From: Catajapyx aquilonaris
Taxonomy: Eukaryota
NCBI GenBank assembly: GCA_000934665.2
Contig: JYFJ02000715.1
Span: forward strand, 62,001-126,000
DNA: 64,000 nt
Reading direction: 5' to 3'
Position numbers and translations under genes: made by a program. Shown piece by piece: positions 12,901 to 25,942 of this stretch (the first letter of the stretch is position 1; every line of letters begins with the position of its first letter). Below the pieces are notes generated by a model. The model saw nothing but the letters and a program-made list of their open reading frames with translations. It searched no databases and was not told the DNA's origin.

Positions 12901-15900
12901 TTACACGCGACGAAAATAGAATTGCTGAGGTGAAGAGATAGTTGCAAGGATTGGAAAGAGGTTTGGTCGAAGATGGTATTAGCGTTTTCCCCTGGAGGTC
13001 CTCGTGGAGCCTCATTAGTTCGAGTCATGAAGTGGAAGGTCGGCCCCCCAAGGCGATGCTGGATTACCTGATTTTGCTGCTTTCCCCCCAAATTAAATTG
13101 AAGGTTTGCTAAATCGAATCCCTCGCTTGGTTGAAATCAAATCCATGTTCGCGATTTGAATTGCCAAACCCCAGGTGCGGATTCCAAGGAAATCTTTGGA
13201 AGGCTTTGTAATACCCCGCGCAGCACTAACCTCTCTGTCTGTCTGACCGAGGTCTTCTGCAAGCCTTATACAGAGAGCTGGTAAATAGAAGTGTAGCTGG
13301 TCTAGCGAGATAAGAAGGCAGAAGCCTGGAGGATCCCAGTCTGAGGGTATTAACCGGCGTAGCGGGGAGCTTCGGATTAAATGTTTCGGTTTCCCAGACC
13401 GTTACCAGGGGGCGTAATTTATGGTCTGCTTCAGACAGGCTCCGGATGCTTGATTTGCCTACCAACATTTCTAAACATCTAATATACTCTAATTTTAGTT
13501 CCGTTAACCTCCCGGACCCACTCGGAAAACGGCACTTTTATCGACCTCACGCTAGTCCCGTGGATTATGCGATATTGAAGGAAGGATTGGGGCTGGAGGA
13601 ATGATTTTCTTGTGGGGGAAAAAAAAGGACAAGGAAAAACTTTCATGGATCGCCAGGAAATCAATTAGCGTAATGTACTGCCCCCCGTTTTTTGCGAATG
13701 GGAGAGAAAATTAGCTAAAGTAGCTGTTAATTAGTGTACCTATCGGCCACTGAGCTGTAAACCACATTTTTAAATCTAATTCATTGGAGCTGTTTCTAAT
13801 TCTTTGCGCAAATTTTGCAACAGTAATTACCTAACACCTGGCCATGTTTATTGGCCGTGTAAACATGAGATGATCGGACTTAATAACACCGTTACCATAT
13901 GGTATGTTTGAGAGCAGCCAGTTACCGACGAATTTTACATGTAAAATTTAGCTTCTGAAGTTTGGTCGGGGGGGAAAAAAAAGAAGTGGCTGGTGCGAAA
14001 CGACCCTTACATTTTGGGAACGGAATGCTGAACCAGGCAAAAGTAAGAATTGAAATCGGAGTTAGAAACTTTTGTAACGAGTAGTTTTTGAATGACCATT
14101 TTTTTCTCCCCCTCCTTCAAAAACTCAACCTATAGCAACATGCTGTCGACGGAAATTTTGACGAAAGTGGAAATGGTAATAATGCCTCAGTTACACAGTA
14201 CTTTTCCTTCAAAAATACAGTTTAAACTGGGAAAGGAAGTTGGTAACACAATGCTTGAAATTCGGCTTACACGGTTTGAAATAATCATTTGCGCGGAATG
14301 GATTTTTAATACTTTTTGACATTTTAAAAAAATATTGCAATCGTGATGAAGCTCTAAGTAACAATTGTGTCTTAACTAATGTAGGCCTACTGTTCGAGGA
14401 ATAATTGTAGCACCGTACTTACTTATAAAAGTGCATCAACGACTAACCAAAGTGTGTGTGAGAGAGGTCATAAAATTGGAAACTAATAATTGCAATTATG
14501 ACATTTTTATCGGAATATACTGAATCTACCAAAAATGCATTTAAATAAAATTTTCAATAGGTTCGTACAATTTTTAAAAGGAGATTACCACACGACATTT
14601 GTCTGTCACCACATAATTTGGAGGGGAGAGTTCATCTAATCAGATTATACATCATTATGAGCTGGAATATAGCAGGTTCTTTTATCCCTTGAGGAAAAGC
14701 ATGCTAAAGGGAAAAAAAGGTCCCTCAATCATTAATGAGTTTCTTTTACCTTCCACTCTGGAGAGGTAGAGAGAGAGAAAAAAAAGCTGTCTTGCGCTGG
14801 TGTGGGTTTATTCAGCAGGGAGAAATAACAAAACTGAGCCCAACCGATGGAAGCCGCTGAAAGAAATTCCCCAATTGCTAAAGAGGTGGTGAATAATGAA
14901 GAGCACAACCTTACATCGCCATACCAGTACCTCCTCTCTTTTTTATATAACCTAAAAAAGGAGGTATAGGCATAGAAAGAGAGAGGGAAAAAGGGTGCTT
15001 CTGGTATACATATAAAAAAAAATGGGATGGGAGTCTTTTCATGGTTCAGCGGGACAAAATCTGTGGGGCTGGAAGAAGAAGCAAAAGAAGGGAAGGGAGG
15101 TAAAAAAAAAGAGAAGCTCCAGATTTGTATTGATTAGGACACATTTTCCTGGTTCCTGTGTGACAGGGAAAGAGTGGGGCATTGTTCCTTTGAGGGAGGA
15201 AAAAAGGAGGATAGGCGCAGAATCAACATATTGGTTCTGGAAGTCATTTGGGTCGCCTTGCTTTCCTTCTCGGATTAAATGCCAGGCACGTACAGATCAG
15301 CCAGATGGAGGTGCTTCCACAGTAATAAGGAATTATTGCGTGCAGGGGGCTGTGCAAAAAAAATTGTGAAAAGCTGGCACTTGATTCGTTTCGGTTCGCA
15401 AATTTTTTTATATGTACGATGTACGATGTATATTGCAGGGCGATGCACTGCTTTTGTTTATGCTGCTTTTATATTGCAACAATATAGAAGCATGTCCCTT
15501 TTTTTTCTTTCCCTGCAAAAAAATTCACAGTGTTATTGTTCTGTATGTGCACTATAGAAATTCATGCAGCGAGAAGAATAACTCTATTCTCTCGGACTAG
15601 CTGAGTTGATAAAAATGTTAGTAAGACTGTGAGAAAGCAGAGTGCGCGACGTGACATTGCATTAAATTATGGAATGTGCAAACTTTACGTAAGGCCACGG
15701 TGCATTATTAATGATGAAGCAACGCTCATTTTCAAGGCTTCATAATATACAACTTTAGCCATGATGATAATGATGATGATGATGATTCGTTGAAGAAATT
15801 AACACGTAAGTCGAAAACGCTTAACAAAATTGTTCAAATCCAGATAATATCCGCGTGGAACTCGTTCTCGTCGATATAGAAACATCCCGGGACCGTCGTT

Positions 15901-18318
15901 ATAATTTCCGACATTTTAATTTTTGATCATAAAAGATGAGTCGAAATCCCATTACCAATCCGATAATGCGATCCCCGACACTTGATACGTCCCCGCATTT
16001 TCAATTTTCGATCGACAGTCCCCCCCATAATAAACCACAGCACGAGTGGATATAACCGCGGCTCTCTCGATTCTCTTGCTGCATCACGGCTTATTACAGG
16101 TCTCATACGCACTGACAGCTGCAATTAGGTGACGTCTATCGGAATGGGCGGTAAAATATACATTTCGGCGACAAGAGAATCACATTTCCATCGGCTGTAA
16201 AATGAAGGGTCGACTCCAAAAGACCGCAGATTTTCGCACTCTGAACAAGACCCACTCTGACAACCATAGAGCGGACAGTTTTTTTTTTTCAAAGTTATTT
16301 TTTTTTGCACCTTCATGTACACGATCCGCAAACGGCAGGCAGTTATGGACAATTTATAGCTGTAATTTGGCAGCGATTAAATCGAACAGCAGATTGCCGA
16401 ATGAAGCGTGCTTCAAACGCATTATTTTTATTTGTGAGTGTGTCAATGCCTCTGTTCTGTGCATAGTTGCAATTATTGTACGGAAGTTGATTATTATTTA
16501 TCGTGTTTACCTGTAATAGAGCGGACAAATTTCCTGACAAGAGAGTTGGAGGTCTTAACTATAACTACTGGGAGCAAAACCTTTGTCATTATTATTTTAA
16601 ATGGCCGCGACTCGTTTGTCATAAATAAGTAAGTAACTCGACATGGCAGTTGACATCTCAGAGCAAGTCCACTTGTGATATTGCGTCTCTAGTAATAAAT
16701 AACACAGCTCAGAAACATGCAATGTAACAGTGCAAGGCACGCAGGGAAAGAACGAAGGCCAGACAAATTTTCTTCTAGCCAAGCAATTTTCTGATTGTTG
16801 ATATTAAAGCTGATTGTGATTGGGTTGCTGGGTAGAAATTCTCATTGTTGTCATATTTTTTTTACATCAGTGTCCGAATGTAATGGAAGGAAAAGCAAGT
16901 GCAGTATTTTTTTTCTTCAAAAAAACGAACAAGTGACATTTGAAATGAGAAATAGCTGGAGGGACTCTAGTCTCACAGTGCGACTGTTCTGAAATCTTTT
17001 GGCAGAGATGATGAGATTCCTAACCCGCGGGGCTGCCTAATTTCGTTTTCATTTAGATACGACCCAAAGTGTACAAAAGAGGGGGGCGCCTTCTTTCCTT
17101 TTCCCCCTAGTTTTAATAGGGTGTTTTTGTTTCCCATGGATTATTTAAGATCCTTTGGATACAAAGTTTCTGTGCCCTGAAAATCACAGCTACGGGGGCC
17201 GTGTTTGCCTTGTTACTTGCTCCTCGTTTGCATTTCATGCCTCCCATCAAGTCTTATGCCCTGATGATCACCGTCATAACAGAATACTGTACAGGATTTC
17301 TGCTACACTTGTGAAGGGCGAATATTAGGAATTAAGTAACCATTATTGCACTTTATGTCACCTTAGACGATGTCATATACCGCAGTGGACTATAGGATGA
17401 CTGCAGAGGAGTATAGAAACCGCTGCTTTCTGGGCTTCCCAAGTTTTCTTTTTTTTCTGTCTTGAGAGAAAACATCAGGAGAGATCCAAGGTTTGACATC
17501 AGCCTGTTATTAACCTATTGGGCAAGGGTCCACGGGGAAATTGCGGAATCGAAGAGGCTGTTGCGAAAATACTGGGAGGTAGTCCCAGAATACGACGAGT
17601 TGCTTTTGTTCACTTGCTTCCATCGTCGTCTTCCAAGAAAATTACCGGAGAACCGGGAAAGTCTGCTTGTCTCTTGTGGGATCAGTTGCTTGGCCAAGAG
17701 AGGCCAAGGATCCAAAATAGACCCAAAAAAACCCCTTCCAACGCTAAGGAGATTATTTATTGCGTTTCGCCAAACCGCCAGCTGGAAAGTAGACAGAAAT
17801 TGCACTCAACCGAAGGACTATAATAATGTAATTATTGGAAGTGAGTGCTCTTCGCCTTTGTTGCTTTTGACTCATTACACAAATTGAGCCAAGACCAAAA
17901 TATCTCATGGTCTCATATATCTCAATATAGTAGCCTGTCATGGGTATGATCAAATTACGCAATTATCCAGGCATGATTCACAAAGTTAAGGATCCAGTTT
18001 GCATTTTGAGGAATTCAGGCGAAAGGTCGCATATTTTGATCCACAGGAAATAAAATTTTTGCGTGAAAACAACCAGATTTTTCAAACTGAATCAACAGGT
18101 GCTGGAAAATATGTCTTGATAATAAAACGATGATTTGTCGTTTCTGCTGACGTTTTGGTGCTACAAAGTGTTGATTCCACGCAAGTGATTTTGGCTCCGG
18201 CACCAAAATTGTGATTTGAGGCTCTCTGGGCCAGATTTTGGTTGGCAACGATGACGGCTACGACATTGTGATCGATAGGCGTGGCCCCGTTTGGCAGAGG
18301 CAATTTGGGCCGCTCGCT

Positions 18319-18320
<2 letters not shown>

Positions 18321-18379
<59 letters not shown>
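18321..18379. repeat. (GA)n microsatellite
   Basis: Uninterrupted GA dinucleotide run of about 59 bp. Confidence 0.97.
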
Positions 18380-18382
<3 letters not shown>

Positions 18383-19479
18383 CGGAAGAGAAAGAGAAAC
18401 TGAAAAAAAGGAACCAGAGAGGGACGTGAACTCACTGGGGTATTCTGCACATGAAAGAGGAGACCTTACTGTACCACTCGCATGTAGCCATTCCGGCGGC
18501 AAAATCGCGGTCAGTCCAAGTGCATCGGACCATTTCAACCACCATTTGACACTGATCAATCGTCCCCCACCCCAAAAAATACTGGGCTGCTCTGAAAGTT
18601 ACCAGACATTTCGCATTGAAGCAGCATCCACACTAACACTAAAGGGAACAACAGAAATGTTGGGCCAACTTGACACAAAGAGGAAAGTACATGAAATTTA
18701 TTTGTCGGCTAAATAAGTATTGTTGTAAGTTTAATTCGTCATTGTTGACTACTATTTTACTGTGGAAAATGTGTTGTTGTTATAAAGGTACATGCCTTAT
18801 TGAAATAAGCGTGTGAAAATTGTGTTTGCAAAAAAAAAATTGTTGCAAGATGAACACGGCAAAAAATAGTGCCCCTTTCATGTTGGGAATTAGCTCAATA
18901 TATTTTTGTCACTATTGTTTATCTGCCTCTCACTATTTTACGAGCCTCAAATTCGATGTACAAAGCGGTGTTTTCCACGGCCATATATGTACAGGGGACA
19001 CACACTGCACACTGCAAAACCAATCAACACCACATTTAGGCAGGGGCTAAATCCCAAAAAAAGGGCTGTAATCCTCCGCATTCTTTCTTTCAGGCATCCA
19101 TCGAAATCAATCGGTTTCCACGTGTTATTTACACGACAGCAAGTCTCAACCAACATTGTTTATTGCCACCCACGCTTTTATTTGCCCCCCTGCCACCACC
19201 TTGTTTGCCTCTGGGTCCTATCACCCTTCCCCCTAAAAAAAAGGATTGAACCAAATCACTCTTTTTTTCCCCTCGACCATTTTTTTCTGAAGCCATGAGC
19301 ACACACAGTTTGGTCAACTGAGGTGGGGCAGCGATAGGGCAATATCTCGTAATAAGTCCCGGGCTAGTTTTGGGATGCAAAATCGACCCACCGGAAGCCT
19401 CCCCACCCCCCTACACCAAAAGCACCACCCTCCCTGCCCCCAGGAGAGGAAAACGAGATGCACTGGTCCGATTCAGATT

Positions 19480-19563
19480 GCCTTGCATGTTTCAGGTTTC
19501 GCGATGGCAGAACCGTTTTCCGATCGAAGGTTCGTTGTCGACGAAACCTGCATGATGTGGGGC
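19480..19563 (+). ncRNA. mir-981: microRNA mir-981 (MIR-76 family) precursor hairpin; mature 3p 19531-19552, star ~19493-19514
   Basis: 19531-19552 = TTCGTTGTCGACGAAACCTGCA, identical to insect miR-981-3p as I recall it. It pairs with the 5p arm CAGGTTTCGCGATGGCAGAACC across a 14-nt loop (19515-19528), giving a 2-nt 3' overhang. A lower stem (gccttgcat/atgtggggc), a basal UG at -14/-13 (19479-19480) and a CNNC (CAAC 19569-19572) at +17 are also present. Confidence 0.95.
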
Positions 19564-22500
19564 TGGACCAACCCTTTCTGATGATGAAGTGCATCTCCAC
19601 CTTTTATTGAGAGAAAGAGATAGAGAGAGGTCACCTCTCCAGCAGGAAGATACGCCATCAACATAATTTTCATCGAGTGTCATTAAGAGGACCCCACTTC
19701 CCCTATGCAAACACAAGGAAAATCTTTTAATGAGAACTTACAGGCGAACCTGCTTTATATTCAGGGAGGAAGCATTGACCCATCCCCAGCCCCCCTTTTC
19801 CTTTTCTTGTTGGCGCGAATGGACCTAGAAGCAAAATGGTTTCTGCGATGGAGACATCGTTACACTCTCACGTCCTCTTGTTTGAGAAGGCGAAGGACGG
19901 CCAGGTCGATTCAACCGGTTGCATGGGAGCCTACACTAGATTGTCTGAGAGGAAGACCCGACTTGGGAACAGTCTCCAACACATTACTATGAATCATACA
20001 TATACGGTGGGGGTGAAGCAGACGCCACAGGTTTCTGAAGCAAGGAAAGGTCATCATAGTTTGGTAAGACTCAATGCAACAATTGTTCATATTCAAACTG
20101 TGTAAATATTTGGGTGCACTTTACATGTATAATAAGAGTGTGTATATAATTAATATTCTTCGTAGATGGCCTATATGAACATCCCTGTTACCACTGGTCA
20201 CGTCTTGCAATATGTTAGCAACAACAGCACATTTTCTATGAAACTAGTTGGAAGTTGGAGAACAAGATTTTTCTAACCAAAATATGGCCCGGGTAATATC
20301 TACTGCTTTTCGCATAATTTTAGTTGCTCTTTTATGCTGAATTTCACGTGCTCGCACATTGCGTGTGAGAATTGCGTCAGGCCCACTCTGCCATACCATT
20401 CTCATCTCTATTTTCCAACTCGATGTAGTGCAGCAATCGGGTAATCGAGCTCGGGAATAGTAATCCGAAACTGCTTACAGTATATCGCAACTTTGACAAG
20501 GGTACAAAAGGCCTGCTGTCTGGTTAATGATGCCATGTCATTAGCCAGCAACAATGCGATCAGTGCGTAATACTTATGCAATAATCAATATTTTTATTGC
20601 GAGGCGAAAACACAACCCACATTTTGCACTGTGGCGTTTTGTATGCTCAACATATTATGGAGGGTGTAACTGGGTTAAAATAATGTACAGCTTTTGCGCA
20701 CTAAACGTACACTATTTGCGGACCTTGGTAATGTTTTAAAAAAAGCATCATGCACTTTGTACAGTCCGTACGGTCAGTTAGGTAATTGAGCGGTGAAAAA
20801 TATGCATTATCGATCACACTTCACGCAATTTTTCCTGTTAATTAGCACATGTTGTGCAATAGGAACAGCATATTTGAGCGCATCTCATCAAACGCCAATT
20901 TGAATCGCTTTTAGGTATGACTGTTTGGACACATGAAGAACTGACTCGATTGAACCTCAGAGATGACAAGGAAACAATCTTGAACTACTCCACCTTTGTC
21001 AAAATGACGATTTGCATTCCACAAGACCACGAGCACTCACAACCTCCGAGTGTTTGTCACCTTCTTGAGACACAACAAGCAAAGGCAGCTGCAGTTTCCT
21101 CTTCCGCACATCTCATCATCGCTTCAAGAAAAACCCAGAGCAAGGTGTGGAAAAGGAAACTGCATCCATATCTCACCCCCTCCCACCCTCCTCGTCTCCA
21201 ACAACCTCCCCCTCCCACGACACTTCACATCATGCATAATTCCATTGCCTTTTAAAGCTTCACCCACTGCCTCTAATAGTTCTGTCTGGATCCATTCTTG
21301 GAGGAGGAATTAAGGAGGGCTTGAAGGAATAGCTGCTTTGTGGGGAATGGGGAGGGTGTCGAAAATGGGCTTGTTCAACCGTTTGGGAAAATCCGGGATA
21401 TATACGGGGAAGAAGGTATGCTACTCTCGCATCATCTTTACTCGAATGGGGCTTACCCAGATTGCTGGAAAAAGGGGACATTTTTGAGTTGCAGAATACA
21501 TTTTTTTTGAATGGTTTTTAGGCGGAATTTATTATCGATGGGGCTTGCGGGGGCTTGAGGCCTCAGGAGGATTTTTTTTAAAGCACTGGGGCCAGCTTTT
21601 CCGATCTGTGATACGGGAAGCTGCGTTGTGGGCTATTGGCAGGATTTTTGGATCAGGTGTGATACCCCGGGAGGTACAGTACGTGTGTGGTACAATTAGT
21701 TGAGAGAATTTCATAAGAGGATCTCACGCACAGTCGCGGTTGTCATTGTCATCACCCTAAAAATGAACATGACATTGTGATGTATACAAAGCGGAAAACT
21801 GGTAAGTTCAGTGCAGAATATTTAGAATAAAATAAGACTAATTATGCTAAAATTACGGTGAACTACGCCGATGTAATAACAGGCGTATGAAACAAGGTAG
21901 TAAGCTAATATTTATTAACAAGAAGGGCCAATTGATTTTGTATTATTAATATCGTAGTTTTTACCAAATTTAAATATCGTGTAATCATCGGAAAGCTTTC
22001 ATAACTACTGTAATAGGTTCTTGGTAAATTTGGAGCTGCCAATTACTTGCTAATTTTTAGTTCATCCGCCTGTTTAACACTGCGAAATCAGCAGCTGCCG
22101 TGTAACAGCAAACAGACCGAAATAATATTAAACTCTCTGACACAATAATGTACGGAATAATTGGAAGCGATGTTTTCGGTTCTCACAACTCTGTGCCCCA
22201 CAAGTTATGCTATGCGAATATTTTTCATGAACACTCTTGCATACTGTTGCAGCGACAATGTTAGCCTCTTTTTGGGTCACTGTTTCGCAAAAAAAAATGT
22301 TCGTTGGAATGCTAATGCGAGTCCACTACATTGCAGTAAAAGTCCGGCCAATTACCTCCGTAAATTATATCAATTAATAATGCCGTAAAAAGGGAGTAAT
22401 GGTCACACAAACGTCATTCGCAGTCACAGACTGGCCAGCTGTGGTTTAAGCAATATTTATCAGATGACATGTTGAGAAATAAATTGTTGCACACTCTGCA

Positions 22501-25500
22501 TAATATTTTTTTTTGTTCTCTGATAACTACTGTGTGTTCAGTATGTTGAAACTAACGCTGCTGGTTTCCCCGATTTTCCTATGGGGTTTTATACCCATTA
22601 TTAGCCTTTTCCATGTATTTTATCCGGATCATTGCATCACTGGCTCCTCCGCACGTGACGCCAACGGAAAATAAGATCTAATTACCCGGGGACCGGAATT
22701 TCCATTATCCCGTGAAACGTGATCACCCCCCTACCCCTTCCCCTAGCTCCCTCTCCTCTCCCCCCCCCCCAGAAAATAGGTAATGCACATCAGAAAACAT
22801 TCTTGTCCGGAAACTATATGGCAAAAACCCTTCGATATGACGTGCACGGAAAAGGAAAACTCGATTAAAATCCGGGGGTATACACACGTCCCATGAGTAT
22901 CCTTCAAGGGGAAGGCTTGAGTGGGGGGAATAAAATTAGCGTGCAAAATTTTCGGGGGGGCTGTATTTTGCAACCTTGGCGAAAAGTCTCGGCCAGTTAA
23001 ATTCCTGCTGCTATATATACCTGTGCACAGCAATAAAGTGAAGGCTTTTTGGCCCCCCCTTATGTGTTTCTACCCACCCTCTCTGCAGTTCCCAAAAGGT
23101 GAGAGAGAGAGAGAGTCTACCTTTCTGATGGATGTCAATTACCAGACAATGGGAGATAATGTACTGTGGTAAGAGCACTTTGGGAGGCCCCGCGAAAACC
23201 ATTTGCAGCCCTTGGTTTCTGCAGGTTGTGGCAAGTGATCGGTCGTGACGCAAAAGGTAGACACCCTGTACTTTTTTTTTGTTGGAAAAAGAGGGGCGGG
23301 GAAGAGAGAGGCGCAATTCACTTATGGGCTTTATAAAATGAATCTTTGAGAGTCTACCGCGGCTTTTAGCGAAGAGGAGGGGTTTCGTTGGCCTGATTCT
23401 TTCTAGTGCGCTCATTTAGTTTGAAGGCAGTGGTTATGGTGCATCGGTGCACTTTCCTTTGAAAGATTGTCGGCGGTGACAAAAGTACCGATATGTAGAG
23501 GAGGCGACATTAATAGCACTTGCTCTGCCTTGATAATTATATATAGTTGAAGGCCTTATTTGAGATCAATGGAACGACTAGCTCACACAGAAAAAAACCC
23601 AGTGACATGTCTACTTACAATATATGAGCATTGAATAATAAAAAGTACTCGGCATTGCTTTAATAAGTAGTGTGAGAAAATGCAACAGTAAGCCTTAATT
23701 ACATGAAAATTACATTTCTGCTGAAACCTTCCACCTTTCATCATCTTGGGAGTTAAATGTACAGTACTGGGTGCAATGGACGAGGTTAACGTCTGATTTT
23801 TCAACTATCGAAAAAAACGGCTTTCAGAAACTTTTCCAGGAACTTTTCGAAGGACACAAACACTGCTGCAGAAAAAATTTTCCACAGCAGTCTTAATATA
23901 TATATATATTTTTTGTGCACACCGCGTCTCGTTTCCGCCTACTCTGCACCTGATATTAGTAGCTTAATTATGACTTCTTGTCTGTCCGAGTCTCTCTTCA
24001 AACCCCCCCTCCCCCACATCCTCCACCCCTTAACTCAATTTAACACAACTTTGCTTCGCTTCGTTCTTCGTAATAAAGCGTTCGTGCCAAAACTTCGTCT
24101 ACTGTGCCCTAGTTTAGAAACCCCCCCCGTGAGAAGCGCCCAAAGTCACTCTCTCCCAAACCCTTCTCTCTCTCTCCGACCCTGCCCCGTTATCCAACAA
24201 CTTTCCTGGAAGCAAAATATGAAATCGGTGCAGTTTTGCACTGGAGAAAAGATCAGGGCCCAGCAGAGTACATTGTGTATTGAGTTCGGAGGGAAGCAAA
24301 GTTTGTGCAGCCGTTATCTTCTCACCCTGTCAAAAGACGCAGTTGCATGAAACTCCCTCCCCCCCTTTTCCCTTTAATGGGAACATGAGACGCAATAGCT
24401 ATATAAGAACCCCCCCAGTCCCATCAAGTCCACACTAGTGCCATTATTGTCCGAGCAGTGAGTTGCGAAATCTCGCCATTAGTCCAACTCTCTCTGCTTC
24501 GATTTTGGGGGTGAGTTGGTCCTGCTGGAGGGGGTTATGTTGGAGTGAAATTACATCATTTGGAACAAGTGGAACTTCCAGGTCTATTTTGGGATGTTTT
24601 TGGGTGCGATGAAGATTGCAGAATCATCTGATGAAACAGTGGCTGCCTGGAAATATATTATTCGAGACCGATATCCGGGGGACAATATGTGTAAAACAAC
24701 ATATGCCATCAATTGGGGTGGATTGCGTCAGGTGGGGTGAGATTATGCCAGCGCATTTTTTTGGTACAGCAGTGTACCCTACTGGAAGAAAGCGAATTTA
24801 CGCATATTTTACTATACATTGAGGGATGGTCAAGGTTGGCAATGAGGAATAGCGCATTGTTGTCCAGAAAATGCGTCGTCACAATCTCACCCCAGTTGAC
24901 GGGTGACACATTATTTAATGATGCACGTATACGGTTGTGCTACCTAATAGCTATCTGGGAATAATCTTCTCGCCGTTTGATGCAGCCGACAGTATGGCAC
25001 AAAGTTTAACGAAGGCAGTAGATCAGCGGATAGGGTTTTCCATATATATTGGAACAAGCGCAAAGGGAGGTGACTTTCTGAAAGAGAGAGAAAAAAAAAC
25101 CTCTGCCAAAAGAGTCTTATTTTGGTGGCCGACTAGTGTCGCCTTGATCATCAACCTGTCATTTCCACGTAAGATAGACTCACTCCTTTGGCGTAAAAAA
25201 GGCGGTGTTTTACTAGCTTGCACCCAACCAGTCCACAGGCTATAGAGATAAGAGCTTAAATAAATCCGGAAGGAGGGAGAGAGAGACGGGCAGAGATCGA
25301 AACTCTCGGACTGTTCATTACTATTCCAGTCTCTTCTTTGGGGGGGGGCCTTTTTTTTCTTCTTTCCATCCACTTTGGAGGGTAGATCGACAAAAGAGAG
25401 AGACCAAGAGAGTGATTCTTCCCCTTTGCCCCACACACCAACCTCTCTCTTATTTTTAAAGAAATAAAGAAAAGAGGATTTTTGAAAAGGAACACGAAGC

Positions 25501-25822
25501 AAGGACCACTTTGGAAGTCGGGTCGGAGTTGAATAAGAGGCGCGGCGGACCACTTGGAAATGCAGATTTGGGATCTGCCACCAGGAGTTGTTATGGTCGT
25601 GATTTTAACCATGTTGCCGAAACTATACTGTGCTCCTTCTGAAGGCGGCCATGCGTGACAGTCTTCATGGTGAGTGACTCGGATGGCGCCCATCAATCCG
25701 GAGACTCCATTTTATCAATTCTCTTAAGGGTGTTTTTGGAGAAAGGGGCTGGGGTACAACAAGGTCTTGAAGGAGGGTGGGGCTGGAGTAATTATTACAC
25801 TGTAGATAATACTTATATTGCA

Positions 25823-25942
25823 CAGTGGTGGAAATTAATGGAGGTACACAAGTATCGCCGCCTAGCGGAGCTTTTCATTTCCATTAGACAAAGGATCCGC
25901 CAGGCGGCGATACTTGTACTAATCAATTAATTTCCACCACTG
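25823..25942. mobile_element. ~120-bp palindromic MITE
   Basis: Left arm CAGTGGTGGAAATTAAT..CAAGTATCGCCGCCTAGCGGA is the near reverse complement of TCCGCCAGGCGGCGATACTTGTAC..ATTAATTTCCACCACTG. Flanks are CA/TA (probable mutated TA site). Superfamily uncertain. Confidence 0.75.

Noticed and set aside
18082..18716. ORFs with (ER)n / (SL)n runs
   Set aside because: Translations of the (GA)n microsatellite; no splice or codon support.
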